64,000 bases of DNA from Candidatus Hermodarchaeum yapensis (GTDB taxonomy: Archaea > Asgardarchaeota > Hermodarchaeia > Hermodarchaeales > Hermodarchaeaceae): assembly GCA_016840405.1 (NCBI GenBank), contig JAEOSK010000002.1:32001-96000 (forward strand), written 5' to 3'. This document shows, one piece after another, positions 20,828 through 31,318 of the stretch. The position numbers were made by a program, and so were the translations under genes. The notes under the pieces are model-generated. The model did no database searches. It was not told the DNA's origin and was given only the letters and a program-made list of their open reading frames with translations. How positions within the stretch are numbered: the first letter of the stretch is position 1; each line of letters starts with the position of its first letter.

Positions 20828-22264
20828 GTGATATCAATGAAAGATTCCCATGCAATTCTTTTAACGATACTCTTAGCTTCGCAATTCTTCATTTTACCAG
20901 CAGCAATAGCTAGTCAGTCACCATTTACGCAAATTCCCGTGCCCCTCGGCTTGGCGCAAGATGGTGCCAACGAATTCGGCACGAATATCCGCGTCACGGA
21001 TGGCACCTCACCTTACACAGATCAAGTTGAGCCAACCATGGCAATAACGAGTGATGGACGCATACTCGTAGGTTGGAAAGAAGCTGAATCCCATGACGGA
21101 CCTGGTCGCCGTGTAGGGTTCGCCTATTCCCTCGATGGCGGAATCACCTACACTCCAAATATTCTGATGACCCGGATGGATGACAATAACTTCCAATCGG
21201 ACCCTTGGTTGGAAGCCGATGCTGATGATAATGTCTATTTTGTGTGGATTGAATTCAATGACATTGTTAACAACTACGACCCTGAAGGGGTCGGAGTAGC
21301 AAAAACTACAGATGGTGGTGAAACTTGGGGAACTCCTGTGAATGCAGCAGACACCACATATTTCGATGACAAAGAAACAGCATGTATCGATTCCAATGGA
21401 AACATATACATTGTCTGGGATCACATTGAAATCGATTCCGACTACATCGAACAGAGTTGGGATTTACGATTTACTAAATCCATTGATGGTGGAGCCTCAT
21501 TCACGCCAACAACAACACCGGCTGAACCATGGATCCCTTACCTCCACTGCACCTCCAACGATTCACTTTACATGACCTATGTAAATGGCACATCGGATAC
21601 CGCACCACTTACACAGATTTTCTTCACCCGATCCGATGACCAAGGAACTACTTGGACACCTGGTGTCCTTGTCAATCCTCCATATATTTCGTTAAACCTC
21701 ATTACAGTAGTGCGAAGTGATAGTTCACAAAACGTCTATGTCGCCTACAGCGCTGGTCTCGACACTAGCCCACAATATCATGAAATCTATGTCATCAAAT
21801 CCATTGATGGCGGTCGGACATGGAATACTGCTGTGCAAGTCAATGATGACTACACAGGGATGCAGCGAATGGTGGAAATGTACATCACTGATGATGACAC
21901 CATCCACATGGCGTGGCTGGATGCCCGGTTGGGCGAATGGAACATCTACTACAGCTATTCCAGCGATGGTGGAGCCACCTTTTCCGATGACGAACGCATC
22001 TCCGATGTGGGGTTTCCGCTCACCTTCACACGTCCAGGTGATTACTTCTGCCTACGCCCTGCCCCGAATGGGGATATGTGCATAGTCTGGACTGATGGTC
22101 GCAACGGCTTAAACCACGACATCTACTTCGCTCGACAAGGTCTCGTTCTTGCCCCTGTAATGCAGTTTCCTGCTGAATGGCTACTAATCATTGTGGCCGT
22201 AGCTGTAGTTGTCGTTGTCATCATTATCGTTGTGTGGCTTATGTTGAGACGAAAAGGCGAGTAA
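20828..22264 (+). CDS. Surface sialidase-like/BNR (Asp-box) repeat protein
   Basis: Repeated SxDGGxTF/W; signal peptide; TM plus RRK. Confidence 0.85.
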   Translation: MISMKDSHAILLTILLASQFFILPAAIASQSPFTQIPVPLGLAQDGANEFGTNIRVTDGTSPYTDQVEPTMAITSDGRILVGWKEAESHDGPGRRVGFAYSLDGGITYTPNILMTRMDDNNFQSDPWLEADADDNVYFVWIEFNDIVNNYDPEGVGVAKTTDGGETWGTPVNAADTTYFDDKETACIDSNGNIYIVWDHIEIDSDYIEQSWDLRFTKSIDGGASFTPTTTPAEPWIPYLHCTSNDSLYMTYVNGTSDTAPLTQIFFTRSDDQGTTWTPGVLVNPPYISLNLITVVRSDSSQNVYVAYSAGLDTSPQYHEIYVIKSIDGGRTWNTAVQVNDDYTGMQRMVEMYITDDDTIHMAWLDARLGEWNIYYSYSSDGGATFSDDERISDVGFPLTFTRPGDYFCLRPAPNGDMCIVWTDGRNGLNHDIYFARQGLVLAPVMQFPAEWLLIIVAVAVVVVVIIIVVWLMLRRKGE

Positions 22265-22391
22265 TAGTGAAAAACAGAGATTGTGGAAATTCCATAATCC
22301 TTCTCTTCTTCTTCTTTTTTCCTTGTATTTCGGAGTCCTTTTATTTTCTCTAATTCAAAGATTGCTAGGATTTCGATAAAAGGTTCTGTCA

Positions 22392-23069
22392 ATGGCGAAA
22401 AGCGGATTTCAGATTAGCCGGGTCAACCGATCACGATCAGATGCTAAGCGAACCTACGACCGGTATAGTCGATGGTATGATTGGATTAGCGGTTCGTTTG
22501 AAAGGAAATACGCCGAAGTTGGCGTTGCACAATTAGCGGTTCAACATGGAGAACATATTCTAGAGATCGGATACGGTACTGGTCATATGCTAATAACTGT
22601 AGCAAAACAAGTGGGATCCACTGGCAAGGTCGTTGGGATAGATATCTCGAAGGGTATGTATGATATAGCCCTCAAACGAGTTCAAAAGTCGGGTGTTACT
22701 GACCGTGTCAAGATTGTCTGTGGGGATGCTGTAATCTTACCCTTTGAGTCCAACACGTTTGATGTAGTCTTCATGAGCTTCACACTGGAGCTGTTTGATA
22801 CACCTGACATTCCTCGACTCTTGTTTGAGTGTCAACGAGTGTTACGGAAGGGTGGGCGAATGGGTGTTGTTTCACTTTCGAAGAAAGGATCCGAAGGCGT
22901 CGTCACAAGAATCTATGAAAAATTGCATTCGCTGTTTCCAAAATGGGTTGATTGTCGCCCCATCTATCTCGCCCATATTTTGAATGAAAATGGGTTTCAA
23001 GTTGTAAAGGAAAGTATGCAATTTATGTTTGGCTTAAACGTTGAAATCGTTGTAGTGACGAATCCTTAA
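22392..23069 (+). CDS. Class I SAM methyltransferase, UbiE-like
   Basis: ILEIGYGTG, GIDIS, GDA..LPF..FD. Confidence 0.85.
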   Translation: MAKSGFQISRVNRSRSDAKRTYDRYSRWYDWISGSFERKYAEVGVAQLAVQHGEHILEIGYGTGHMLITVAKQVGSTGKVVGIDISKGMYDIALKRVQKSGVTDRVKIVCGDAVILPFESNTFDVVFMSFTLELFDTPDIPRLLFECQRVLRKGGRMGVVSLSKKGSEGVVTRIYEKLHSLFPKWVDCRPIYLAHILNENGFQVVKESMQFMFGLNVEIVVVTNP

Positions 23070-23126
23070 ACCCAAAGTATGTTTGCCTCGAACGCTTTAG
23101 AGATATGACATTCTGATTGTATTAAT

Positions 23127-23609
23127 ATGGCTCTGACTCCTATTCCCCATGAGAGATGTTCTTCAATGACTCAAACTAAGGAACAGATACTACAAGTTGC
23201 TAAGGACTTTGATGATGTGATTGAAACCCAAGATATTGAACGGATTTTACCTTTCTTTGCAAAAGACTGTAGTATCGAACTATTTGGTATAACTTTACAC
23301 GGACATGAAGGTGCTCGAAAATGGTTAGATTGGATGTTTCACCATCTAACTGAAATTTCCTTTGAGCCAATTAGTATAATGGTGGATGACAACGTGTTTT
23401 TCGAAGAATTCATCGTTCAAGGCAAATTACAGGATGGTCGTACAGTGCAATCCAAACAGGCAGAACTCCTTGTGTATGAAAACCTGTTAGTGAAATCGCT
23501 GCGGTTATACTTTGATCGCCTGGATTTTGCTGAAGCGGTGTCATCAAGTTGGATCAATCGAAAGATTATCCATAAGATCATCAAAGAATCCACCAAGGGT
23601 CTTGAATAA
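23127..23609 (+). CDS. SnoaL/NTF2-like protein
   Basis: ILPFFAKDC..GHEG..LRLYFD. Confidence 0.75.
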   Translation: MALTPIPHERCSSMTQTKEQILQVAKDFDDVIETQDIERILPFFAKDCSIELFGITLHGHEGARKWLDWMFHHLTEISFEPISIMVDDNVFFEEFIVQGKLQDGRTVQSKQAELLVYENLLVKSLRLYFDRLDFAEAVSSSWINRKIIHKIIKESTKGLE

Positions 23610-23623
23610 AGAGGGAACCGATT

Positions 23624-24241
23624 ATGGAGCAGGAAGAACAAGCAATTCAAGACACTCTCAAATCAACACGAAAGCTACTGATTGCTTTTATCGGATTAAG
23701 CGTGTTTGCGTTTTTACTGGTGTTCATTGCGGTTGAGTTGTTTTTGAATACGGCTTTTGTTTTGTTAGTGTTTGGCGTTAATGGGCCTTGGCCACCTGAA
23801 TTATTTCCAACCTTCACTCTAACGCAGTTTCATGACATTGGAATTGTACTCGCCTCCGTGGGACTGGTGCTTCTGTATTTACCTATCACCTTGACTCTAG
23901 TGATAGTTGAACAATCTGAAACACGGCCAACTCGCATTCGAAGTCGAGTGATACACCTATTTAGTCATTCAGATTTCTTCAAGATTGTTGGTTTTCTCGG
24001 ACTTTTTCTCGCTGCAGGAGGAATATGGTTTTGCATGCATCAAGCCTTTCTCTTTCAGGGTGAATGGCTGAAAGGCACACTGCTCTTCAACAATTACATC
24101 TTCTTGAGTTTGGAAATCTCGCCGATGATTCTTCACCTTTTTGGGAATTTATTAGTACTTGGTGGACTCGGTACAATTGTTCTCATCAGTTCTGTAAAGC
24201 TAATCTTAGGACTCTTAGCACAGATGGGACGGCTCAGATAA
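23624..24241 (+). CDS. Membrane hypothetical protein
   Basis: 4 TM; similar to downstream gene. Confidence 0.65.
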   Translation: MEQEEQAIQDTLKSTRKLLIAFIGLSVFAFLLVFIAVELFLNTAFVLLVFGVNGPWPPELFPTFTLTQFHDIGIVLASVGLVLLYLPITLTLVIVEQSETRPTRIRSRVIHLFSHSDFFKIVGFLGLFLAAGGIWFCMHQAFLFQGEWLKGTLLFNNYIFLSLEISPMILHLFGNLLVLGGLGTIVLISSVKLILGLLAQMGRLR

Positions 24242-24858
24242 TGAATGAACAACAACCTAACAAACAGGAACGTTGGATAGATCGGGTTCGATTCGTCGAA
24301 CACGATTGGGTTTTCTATTCTGCAGCTTTCATTCCATTCTTTATCATCGCCTTTGCTGTTTGGATTTGTTTGGATGAAGCCATCTTTGCCCTCCGTTACC
24401 GCATTGTTATCCAATGGTCCCTATTTCCCATTCTCCGAATATTTCCAGATACCTGGCATTACATTGGCATAGCCTTTTTCGTGATTGGTCTAATCATAAT
24501 GGGATTCACGTTTTCTCTACAACGCGCTCCGTCAAATGAAACGTCTCAGACCCGGAAACAACAAGAATGGTTCCGCGTCATCAGCCGATTTCGTCACTGG
24601 CTCAGTGAAAGTCATTTACTTGTAATTCTTGGTATCCTTGGAATGAGTTGTTTGACTATCGCACTGGTTGCCATGCGATACGCCTTCATCTCCCAACTCG
24701 CCTGTTCAGCAGTTAGTCCAGGAATTCCTTGCTTCACAAATCTCTTCGGACTTATTATCATCGAATCCCTATTCTTACATCAGATTGCCGATGTTCTCGT
24801 TGCCATCGGACTAGCCCTAATATTTATCGTGCTCATACGCGAACGATCTGAAGACTGA
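24241..24858 (+). CDS. Membrane hypothetical protein, tandem paralog
   Basis: ATG overlaps previous stop; shared HxIGI and LHxxxxxLVxxGL motifs. Confidence 0.65.
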   Translation: MNEQQPNKQERWIDRVRFVEHDWVFYSAAFIPFFIIAFAVWICLDEAIFALRYRIVIQWSLFPILRIFPDTWHYIGIAFFVIGLIIMGFTFSLQRAPSNETSQTRKQQEWFRVISRFRHWLSESHLLVILGILGMSCLTIALVAMRYAFISQLACSAVSPGIPCFTNLFGLIIIESLFLHQIADVLVAIGLALIFIVLIRERSED

Positions 24859-24895
24859 CCAACATCAAAAATCAAAGAATGGTTTTATTTCGTTG

Positions 24896-25270
24896 CTAAG
24901 AAATCAATGTTTCAATACCACGTAAACGAAGGTAGCTAGCCTGAAACCTTAGCTCTGCTGCCAATTGCGTATCGCCGATCCGCTCATAAATTTTGGCGAT
25001 GCGCTCCAACGCGTCAGCTGCTTGAGAAAAATCTTCTGTACTCAAACTTTGCTGGACCTGCATTTCAAAGCATGCCAGCGCTTGATCTTCATATTTCCGG
25101 GGGGAGCGATTCACCTTATGAGCAATTTTGGCAGCCCGTTGATAGAAAACACCAGCTGTGTAAAAATCTTGTAAATTCTTCCGTTTTCGCGCCTCGCGGA
25201 TATACCCGCGGATTTTCGCGGCATACAGTTCAGTGCTCAAGCTCTCCACAGCCTGGCCCACGGTAGTCAC
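24896..25270 (-). CDS. Helical TPR/SNAP-like repeat protein
   Basis: AGVFYQRAAKI, AADALERIAKIYERIGD. Confidence 0.55.
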   Translation of the reverse strand: MTTVGQAVESLSTELYAAKIRGYIREARKRKNLQDFYTAGVFYQRAAKIAHKVNRSPRKYEDQALACFEMQVQQSLSTEDFSQAADALERIAKIYERIGDTQLAAELRFQASYLRLRGIETLIS

Positions 25271-25472
25271 TACCGTGCCCTACCCAGATATATACACTCT
25301 CAGAACCCGCATAAGTGTTTCTTTTACAGGTTTTACTGGGGATAAGTGAATCCACAAGTTTGTTTTAGCAAACTCTATTCCTTCGTTTATTTAGTACCTC
25401 GTCGCCCGGCTCGCATGACGAGGTAAATTACGAGTTTGAAGGCGACGAAGAACAGTGTCAAAAGATAGCTGG

Positions 25473-25943
25473 TCAGGTCTTAAGTTGCGTAGCAATTTTC
25501 TTTCCGAAATCTTTGGATTTGGGCAACTCTCCATCTGTGACTGGTCCTTTCATTCCGTCGACCCGTATGGACAGGCCCGAAGTGATTAGCTTCAATTTGG
25601 GAACTTTTTCGTTTATTCTCTTCTCCATCTTTTTCACAGATTTTTCGAAGTCTTCTCCTAGATAAGTGTCGAAAAGAGCAACCCATTTCGCCTTTGTGTC
25701 AAGTTTGCCCAGTTTATCAATAAACTTCTTGATACCCCTAACAGGTCCCCCAAAATGTGTTGGTGACCCGATGACTATTGCATCATAATCTGCTGCCTCT
25801 TTGGGATCGGTATCCTTGACATCACTGATAGTAGTTTCTATTCCCTCGACTTCACTTACCCCTTCCATAATCTTTTCCGCTACAAGCTTTGTGTTACCAT
25901 ATTTCGTATCATAAACGATAATAGTTCTTATCATTTCGTTCAC
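25473..25943 (-). CDS. Flavodoxin-like protein
   Basis: VYDTKYGNT, IVIGSPT. Confidence 0.88.
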   Translation of the reverse strand: MNEMIRTIIVYDTKYGNTKLVAEKIMEGVSEVEGIETTISDVKDTDPKEAADYDAIVIGSPTHFGGPVRGIKKFIDKLGKLDTKAKWVALFDTYLGEDFEKSVKKMEKRINEKVPKLKLITSGLSIRVDGMKGPVTDGELPKSKDFGKKIATQLKT

Positions 25944-26104
25944 CAGCCATTTTAGCAGTATTCCACGTTTTTTTAACTTGTTGTTTGTTTTGGCTTAAAC
26001 TCGGCCTGTCATGATTTGACTTCATAACACAAATACCCATAGTAAAAACTGTGTCTTCGGAAAAAAAGGAAAAAGGGTAGGGTGAGTGCCTTACACGCAC
26101 CTGA

Positions 26105-27028
26105 TTAGGGGTGTCGCCGGAAGTAGAGGATGACGAGGACGATGATGACGATCAGCTCAATAGCACTGACAGCAATCAACGGCAGCGTAAAGTCCAGTGG
26201 TGGAGGTGGTGGTTCAGTTGGTTCAGGTGGTTCAGGGGGCGGAGGTGGAGGAACAACGTAGTCATATATTGCCACATTATCAATGGCCTGACCAGTTAGA
26301 CCGGCAAAGATGAAGTAACCCGATGGGATAGTAATTTGTTCCTGTTGAGACATGCGGAGAGTTCCGTTGATATATACATTGAAATACCCAGTTGAGTTTC
26401 GTGTCACATCGAAGTGGGTCCAGCAATTGTTCCATGAATACGAAGGTGGTCCAACATCATAGCTTCCAAGACTTGTATGTTCAGTTCCAACAAGTCTCCA
26501 GAAGTCAATCGTTGGCTGGTAATAATATTCGCCTATATTATGTGTGATCATCACAAAGCAGTAACTGTAATTCATACCTGGACCTGGGATTGTTGAAATT
26601 TCCTGTGCTGGATTATAGTGATCAGCAATTAAGTGAACCACGCACTCCGCACCAGGAGTATCGACTACAAACAGGTCGAAGCTCCAGGTGCCATAATTCA
26701 CTGAGTGATTCAAGTACGCTAAATTCATGTATTGTAGGTCCCAGGTGGTTTCTGATCCGTTGACCCTCAAAGTCTTATCAGCAGCAGTGAAATTACCGAC
26801 ACCAGCATCATAGTACCTGTAATCCGTTCTATTGTACAATATTCCGAAAGTATCCCAGCCATCGTAATTCATGTCATTGAAATTGTCTGTGATGAGTTCT
26901 GTTGCTTTAACCGGGTCTTGTAATGGAAGTTGTAAAGATAGTACCAACAGAAGAGCGATGGCGACAAGAAGAGTTGTCAATCTTCTGTGCTTCACGAACA
27001 ATTTAGATATCTCCTTTTTTTTCTCCAA
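26105..27028 (-). CDS. Surface beta-sandwich (LamG/ConA-like) protein, Pro linker plus TM
   Basis: GTWSFD, WTHFDVTR..FNVYING, AIDNV. Confidence 0.7.
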   Translation of the reverse strand: MEKKKEISKLFVKHRRLTTLLVAIALLLVLSLQLPLQDPVKATELITDNFNDMNYDGWDTFGILYNRTDYRYYDAGVGNFTAADKTLRVNGSETTWDLQYMNLAYLNHSVNYGTWSFDLFVVDTPGAECVVHLIADHYNPAQEISTIPGPGMNYSYCFVMITHNIGEYYYQPTIDFWRLVGTEHTSLGSYDVGPPSYSWNNCWTHFDVTRNSTGYFNVYINGTLRMSQQEQITIPSGYFIFAGLTGQAIDNVAIYDYVVPPPPPPEPPEPTEPPPPPLDFTLPLIAVSAIELIVIIVLVILYFRRHP

Positions 27029-27161
27029 ATCCTCCTCAAGGGAAGGATTGTATCCACACTATTCTCATGAACCCTATAAATCTGATTTTATTACTAAATT
27101 TGCACTTTGATTATTTTGAAAAAAGGGAGGGGTGTAGGGCGTTTGCCCTACGACCACCTGC

Positions 27162-28058
27162 TTATGAGCGTCGTCTGAGGTAGAAGATGACTAGCACAAT
27201 TATGATGATGAGTTCGATGGTGCCGATTGCTATCATGAGTGTTGTGTTGTTAGGTGGTGGTGGGGGCGTTTCGGGTGTTTCGGGTGTTTCGGGGGGCGGA
27301 TGTGGAACGATGTAATCAAATATTGCCACGTTATCAATGGCCCAACCACTCTGGGCTTCAAAGGCGAAGTAACCAGATATGGGAAAAACAGCGTCTTGTA
27401 CTGAGATGCAGTGAGTTCCATTAAGATAGATGTTGAAATACCCGGTGGAATTTCGGGTTATATCGAAGTGATTCCAGCAATTTGACCAAGTAGCCGTGCC
27501 TGGCAAAACCGCATGTTGCCCCTCAAGAGTGTAAGTACCGTCATAGCATCGTTCAAGGGTAATCGTAGGCTGATAATAGTGTGATCCTAGATTCCGCGTG
27601 TATATCCAAATTTCGTAACTGTAATTCTTGTATGGACCCGGAATATTGGACCAACCTTCTATGGGATTATAGGAATCGCCAATTAATTGAACGAAACACC
27701 AACCCAGTGTATTGTTGAATACAAACACATCGAAGCTCCATGTGCCATAGCAAATTGAGCTATTTATGTACGCCATACTCAAGTAGTGAAAGGTCTCATT
27801 TTCTGAGGGTCCAATGACCTTCAATGTTTGATCAGCAGCAGAAAAATTACCAACACCATCAGGAAAATACTCCATAAATGCAATTTTATTAAGAAATCTT
27901 CCGTAGGTATCCCAGCCCATATAGTCCATGTCATTGAAGGTATCCGCAATCACATCCGTTGCCCGCACCGCATCAGAGAACGGCAACAGCATCGACATCG
28001 CCCAGAGCACAGCTATTACAACTAGCAGACCACTCAACTTTCTCTGTTTTTTCATCAA
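27162..28058 (-). CDS. Tandem paralog of LamG-like surface protein
   Basis: High visible identity with 26105..27028. Confidence 0.7.
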   Translation of the reverse strand: MMKKQRKLSGLLVVIAVLWAMSMLLPFSDAVRATDVIADTFNDMDYMGWDTYGRFLNKIAFMEYFPDGVGNFSAADQTLKVIGPSENETFHYLSMAYINSSICYGTWSFDVFVFNNTLGWCFVQLIGDSYNPIEGWSNIPGPYKNYSYEIWIYTRNLGSHYYQPTITLERCYDGTYTLEGQHAVLPGTATWSNCWNHFDITRNSTGYFNIYLNGTHCISVQDAVFPISGYFAFEAQSGWAIDNVAIFDYIVPHPPPETPETPETPPPPPNNTTLMIAIGTIELIIIIVLVIFYLRRRS

Positions 28059-28155
28059 ATTCGGACTCTCCTAGACTTACTCCTACACCCTTCCGCCCAG
28101 GAAGGGTTGGACGCCCTCCCTTATCCTTCGAACCTTAAAAATTCGATTTTTCGAT

Positions 28156-28221
28156 AAAACGTGAGGTTTAGTATTTCTTATTAATGGAAAACCGTAGATT
28201 AGTAAATTTGAACGCCAGATG
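28156..28221 (+). repeat. Family-B element fragment F
   Basis: AAAACGTGAGGTTTAGTATTTCTTA resembles 30806-30830; AAATTTGAACGCCAGATG exact with 32125-32142. Confidence 0.7.
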
Positions 28222-28549
28222 ACTTTCTAAATAAGTATGGTATCTTTTGGCTTCTTCATAATTGGAGACTCCCGGATTGTTTTTTGGTGAAGTATAGGTG
28301 GGGCTCAGGGTTCCTTTAGCAAAAATAGAAACTGGCTCATTTTCATTATGAGGATCTCATTCTACCAGAAAAGATTTCGATAGCACTGTGAGAAGACGAT
28401 TATGTATTCCGTTTTGGAGCTTAAGCCATGAGAACGGTCCTGCCAGATGAGTTCCTCAGTGGGAATCTCGGGGTCTAAGTAGCACTCGGGGTACCATGTC
28501 GTGGTACATCAGCTTGAACCACACCCAAACGAAGGCGTCTGCGAGCTGA

Positions 28550-30007
28550 TTATCCGCCTTTCACGCCTTTGGCTATGCGGTCGCCGATTTCCTTATCGAT
28601 GTTGCGCCAGTATTCAAAGGCCCGCTGCAGAACGGGTTCGGACACGCCGTTTTGCAAATGCCCCACCACATTGGACACCAGCCGGTCGCGCTGCGCATCG
28701 TCCATGACCTTGCGCACCAGTGTGCCAGGTTGACCGAAATCGTCGTCGTCCTTGCGTTTGGTGTAGGCGGCACGGATGAACTCGCCGCTGGCACTCCAGA
28801 TGGCCACCTCGGGATACCGCTCAGGGTCGGCTTTGGGGCCGCCTTTTGAGTTGGGCGTATAGACAGGATCTGAGACGTTGTCAATCCGCATGGCCCCGCC
28901 CTTGCTGTAGTTGTGCACTGGTACTTTGGGTCGGTTGACTGGAATCTGCTTGTAGTTGACACCTAGACGAGCCCGGTGGGCGTCAGCATATGAAACCAGA
29001 CGGGCGAGCAGCATTTTATCCGGGCTCGGACCGATTCCGGGGACGAGGTTGTTCGGCCCGAACGCCGCCTGCTCAATCTCAGCGTGAAAATCGCTCGGAT
29101 TACGGTCCAGCGTCAGCTGGCCCACTTCGTGTACCGGGTAATCTCCGTGGGGCCACACCTTGGTCAGGTCGAAGGGGTTGAATCGGTAAGTCTCGGCCTC
29201 TTTGAAGGGCATGATCTGGACTTTCAGGGTCCAACTGGGGTAATCCCCCCGCTTGATCGCCTCGAACAGATCGCGGCGGTGGTAATCGGCATCAACACCG
29301 GCAATCCGGTCGGCCTCTTCCTGGGTGAGGAAGTCAATGCCCTGGTTTGTCTTGAAGTGATACTTCACCCAGTATCGCTCGCCTTTGGCATTGACCCACA
29401 TAAATGTGTGGCTCGAGTAGCCGTTCATGTGCCGATAGCTTTTGGGGACTCCACGATCACTCATCAAGATGGTGACTTGATGGGCCGTCTCGGGTGAAAG
29501 CGTCCAGAAGTCCCACTGCATGTCGTTATCACGCAGGCCGCTGTCCGCACGGCGCTTCTGGGAGTGGATGAAGTGCTGGAACTTCATAGGATCACGTACG
29601 AAGAAAACAGGGGTGTTGTTTCCCACCATGTCATAATTGCCTTCTGTGGTGTAAAACTTCAGCGCAAAGCCGCGTACATCCCGCCAGGTATCGGGACTGC
29701 CGCTTTCGCCAGCTACAGTGGAGAATCGGGCCAACACCTCGGTCTTCGTGCCCGGTTGGAACACGGCTGCCTTTGTATAAGTACTGACGTCCTTGGTCAC
29801 CTCAAAGTATCCGAAGGCCCCGGAACCCTTTGCGTGGGGCTGGCGGTCTGGAATCATCTCCCTGTTAAAGTTGGCCATCTGCTCCATCAAGTAGTGGTCC
29901 TGCAGCAGAATTGGGCCATCAGGCCCTACGGTAAGAGAAAACTCATCGCTGGCTACTGGGATCCCGGCATCTGTTGTTGTGGGTTTTAGTCTTTTTTTCT
30001 TTGCCAA
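28550..30007 (-). CDS. katE: Monofunctional heme catalase (small subunit)
   Basis: [31 protein letters not shown]; GC visibly above flanks. Confidence 0.95.
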   Translation of the reverse strand: MAKKKRLKPTTTDAGIPVASDEFSLTVGPDGPILLQDHYLMEQMANFNREMIPDRQPHAKGSGAFGYFEVTKDVSTYTKAAVFQPGTKTEVLARFSTVAGESGSPDTWRDVRGFALKFYTTEGNYDMVGNNTPVFFVRDPMKFQHFIHSQKRRADSGLRDNDMQWDFWTLSPETAHQVTILMSDRGVPKSYRHMNGYSSHTFMWVNAKGERYWVKYHFKTNQGIDFLTQEEADRIAGVDADYHRRDLFEAIKRGDYPSWTLKVQIMPFKEAETYRFNPFDLTKVWPHGDYPVHEVGQLTLDRNPSDFHAEIEQAAFGPNNLVPGIGPSPDKMLLARLVSYADAHRARLGVNYKQIPVNRPKVPVHNYSKGGAMRIDNVSDPVYTPNSKGGPKADPERYPEVAIWSASGEFIRAAYTKRKDDDDFGQPGTLVRKVMDDAQRDRLVSNVVGHLQNGVSEPVLQRAFEYWRNIDKEIGDRIAKGVKGG

Positions 30008-30106
30008 TACTTAATCCTCCAAAATTTGATTGATTAGTAATAGTGCTATTCGACTTTAAAATTCATTACTTCTTCTTAATCGGCAAAGGTTTTTACTTTC
30101 TAATTA

Positions 30107-30151
30107 TTAGCACTGACAAACCTAACCAGAAAAGGGTGATGTTTTGTGTGC
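30107..30151 (+). repeat. Family-B element fragment E
   Basis: Resembles 30784-30828. Confidence 0.6.
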
Positions 30152-30286
30152 TCCATGCTTGAACAGTTCATCAATAATTAGACTTAAATAAGATGTCTTG
30201 TTTAAGCTCTTCCTTGAGGGATAGGTTTCTGGTAATTAAGAAATCTATCAGGAAGATATTCAGGTATTAAAAAAAGGTTGGTCAAA

Positions 30287-30583
30287 ATGAAGTATATCGC
30301 CTATTGGGAGGCTGACATGGAAAAATTAGATGCGCTTGTGAAGAAAAATGCAGAACTTATAGCGATTTACGAAAAAGGCACCGATAAGTATCCTAAGGTC
30401 AAATATGGCCCTTACAACATTATTAGCGAAAGTGGAAATCGAGGGTTTGTAATCCTTGATGTCGATGATCCCCATCAATTAGTTCGATGGAACCTTCATT
30501 ACGCTGGCTTATCTGAGTGGACCTTCGTTCCGATTTATAGTACTGCAAAAACCACCGATGTTTATTTGAAAGAGATGAAGTAA
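30287..30583 (+). CDS. DUF3303-like small protein
   Basis: MKYIAYWE..GFVILDVDD..W..WTFVP. Confidence 0.65.
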   Translation: MKYIAYWEADMEKLDALVKKNAELIAIYEKGTDKYPKVKYGPYNIISESGNRGFVILDVDDPHQLVRWNLHYAGLSEWTFVPIYSTAKTTDVYLKEMK

Positions 30584-30691
30584 ATCCCCAAAAAACGAAA
30601 CGCAATGGAATTAATACCTCCACATCTCCTAGAAGATAGATTAACTACTACTCAGTCCTTTGAATTAGGTCAATAGTCTATAAACAACAAA

Positions 30692-30925
30692 AGGAAAAGA
30701 GGATCTTTTTACCCCAGAACTACCACGTGTTAATGTGTTTATGACCTAACACGTAAAGGTTGGAATTCATCCAACAACGCGTGTTAGCTTGACTAACTAA
30801 ACCGGAAAACGGTGATGTTTAGTGTTTCTAACACGTGTTAGCTTTTCCGTCAAGATGAATAGATGAGTGTTTCCAAACTCTCCCAAATTCAGGACAAGTA
30901 CATCGCAAATAAACTTTAAACGTTC
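30692..30925 (+). repeat. Family-B element copy A
   Basis: TCTTTTTACCCCAGAACTACCACGTGTT, CTAACACG hairpin, palindrome CTAACACGTGTTAG 30828-30841, TAAACTTTAAACGTTC. Confidence 0.85.
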
Positions 30926-30947
30926 AGCGAGGGTGTTTAAAGGTGAA

Positions 30948-31019
30948 ATGATCGACGTACAGCTTCTTAAACAGTTTTTTCTAGACCCACAATTTGCTCC
31001 CTAGTCATACAGAAATTAT
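30948..31019 (+). pseudogene. 5' stub homologous to recombinase-like stub at 32183
   Basis: MIDVQLLKQFFLDPQFAP*SYRNY aligns ungapped with MTEALLLEEFLLNPNRTENTRERY; same upstream motif. Confidence 0.5.
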
Positions 31020-31075
31020 ATCTAACACAAACATTATATTAAGCACAACCACTATGTATAACATGGTGAAAATAA

Positions 31076-31318
31076 GTGACGACGATTTCCATTAAAGAGG
31101 ATACAAGAAAACATCTCCTCAAAATTGCAGCTGATCTTCAGCGGCAACAAGGTCGAAGAGTCGACTTTGATGCCACTATTAAGCATTTAATCCACTTTTT
31201 TGAGCACCAGAAAAAAGATATAGCTTCGTGGGAGTCATTTACAACACCAGAGCCTGGACTAGATTTTGATGAACTTTATCAACTACTGATACAGGAGCGA
31301 CTCAAAGACAATGGCTAA
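31076..31318 (+). CDS. vapB: VapB-like antitoxin
   Basis: MTTISIKEDT..L..VDFD..I..L; overlaps PIN gene. Confidence 0.7.
   Translation: MTTISIKEDTRKHLLKIAADLQRQQGRRVDFDATIKHLIHFFEHQKKDIASWESFTTPEPGLDFDELYQLLIQERLKDNG

Noticed and set aside
28501-29989. Alternative-frame ORFs over catalase
   Set aside because: Shadow ORFs from GC-rich coding sequence
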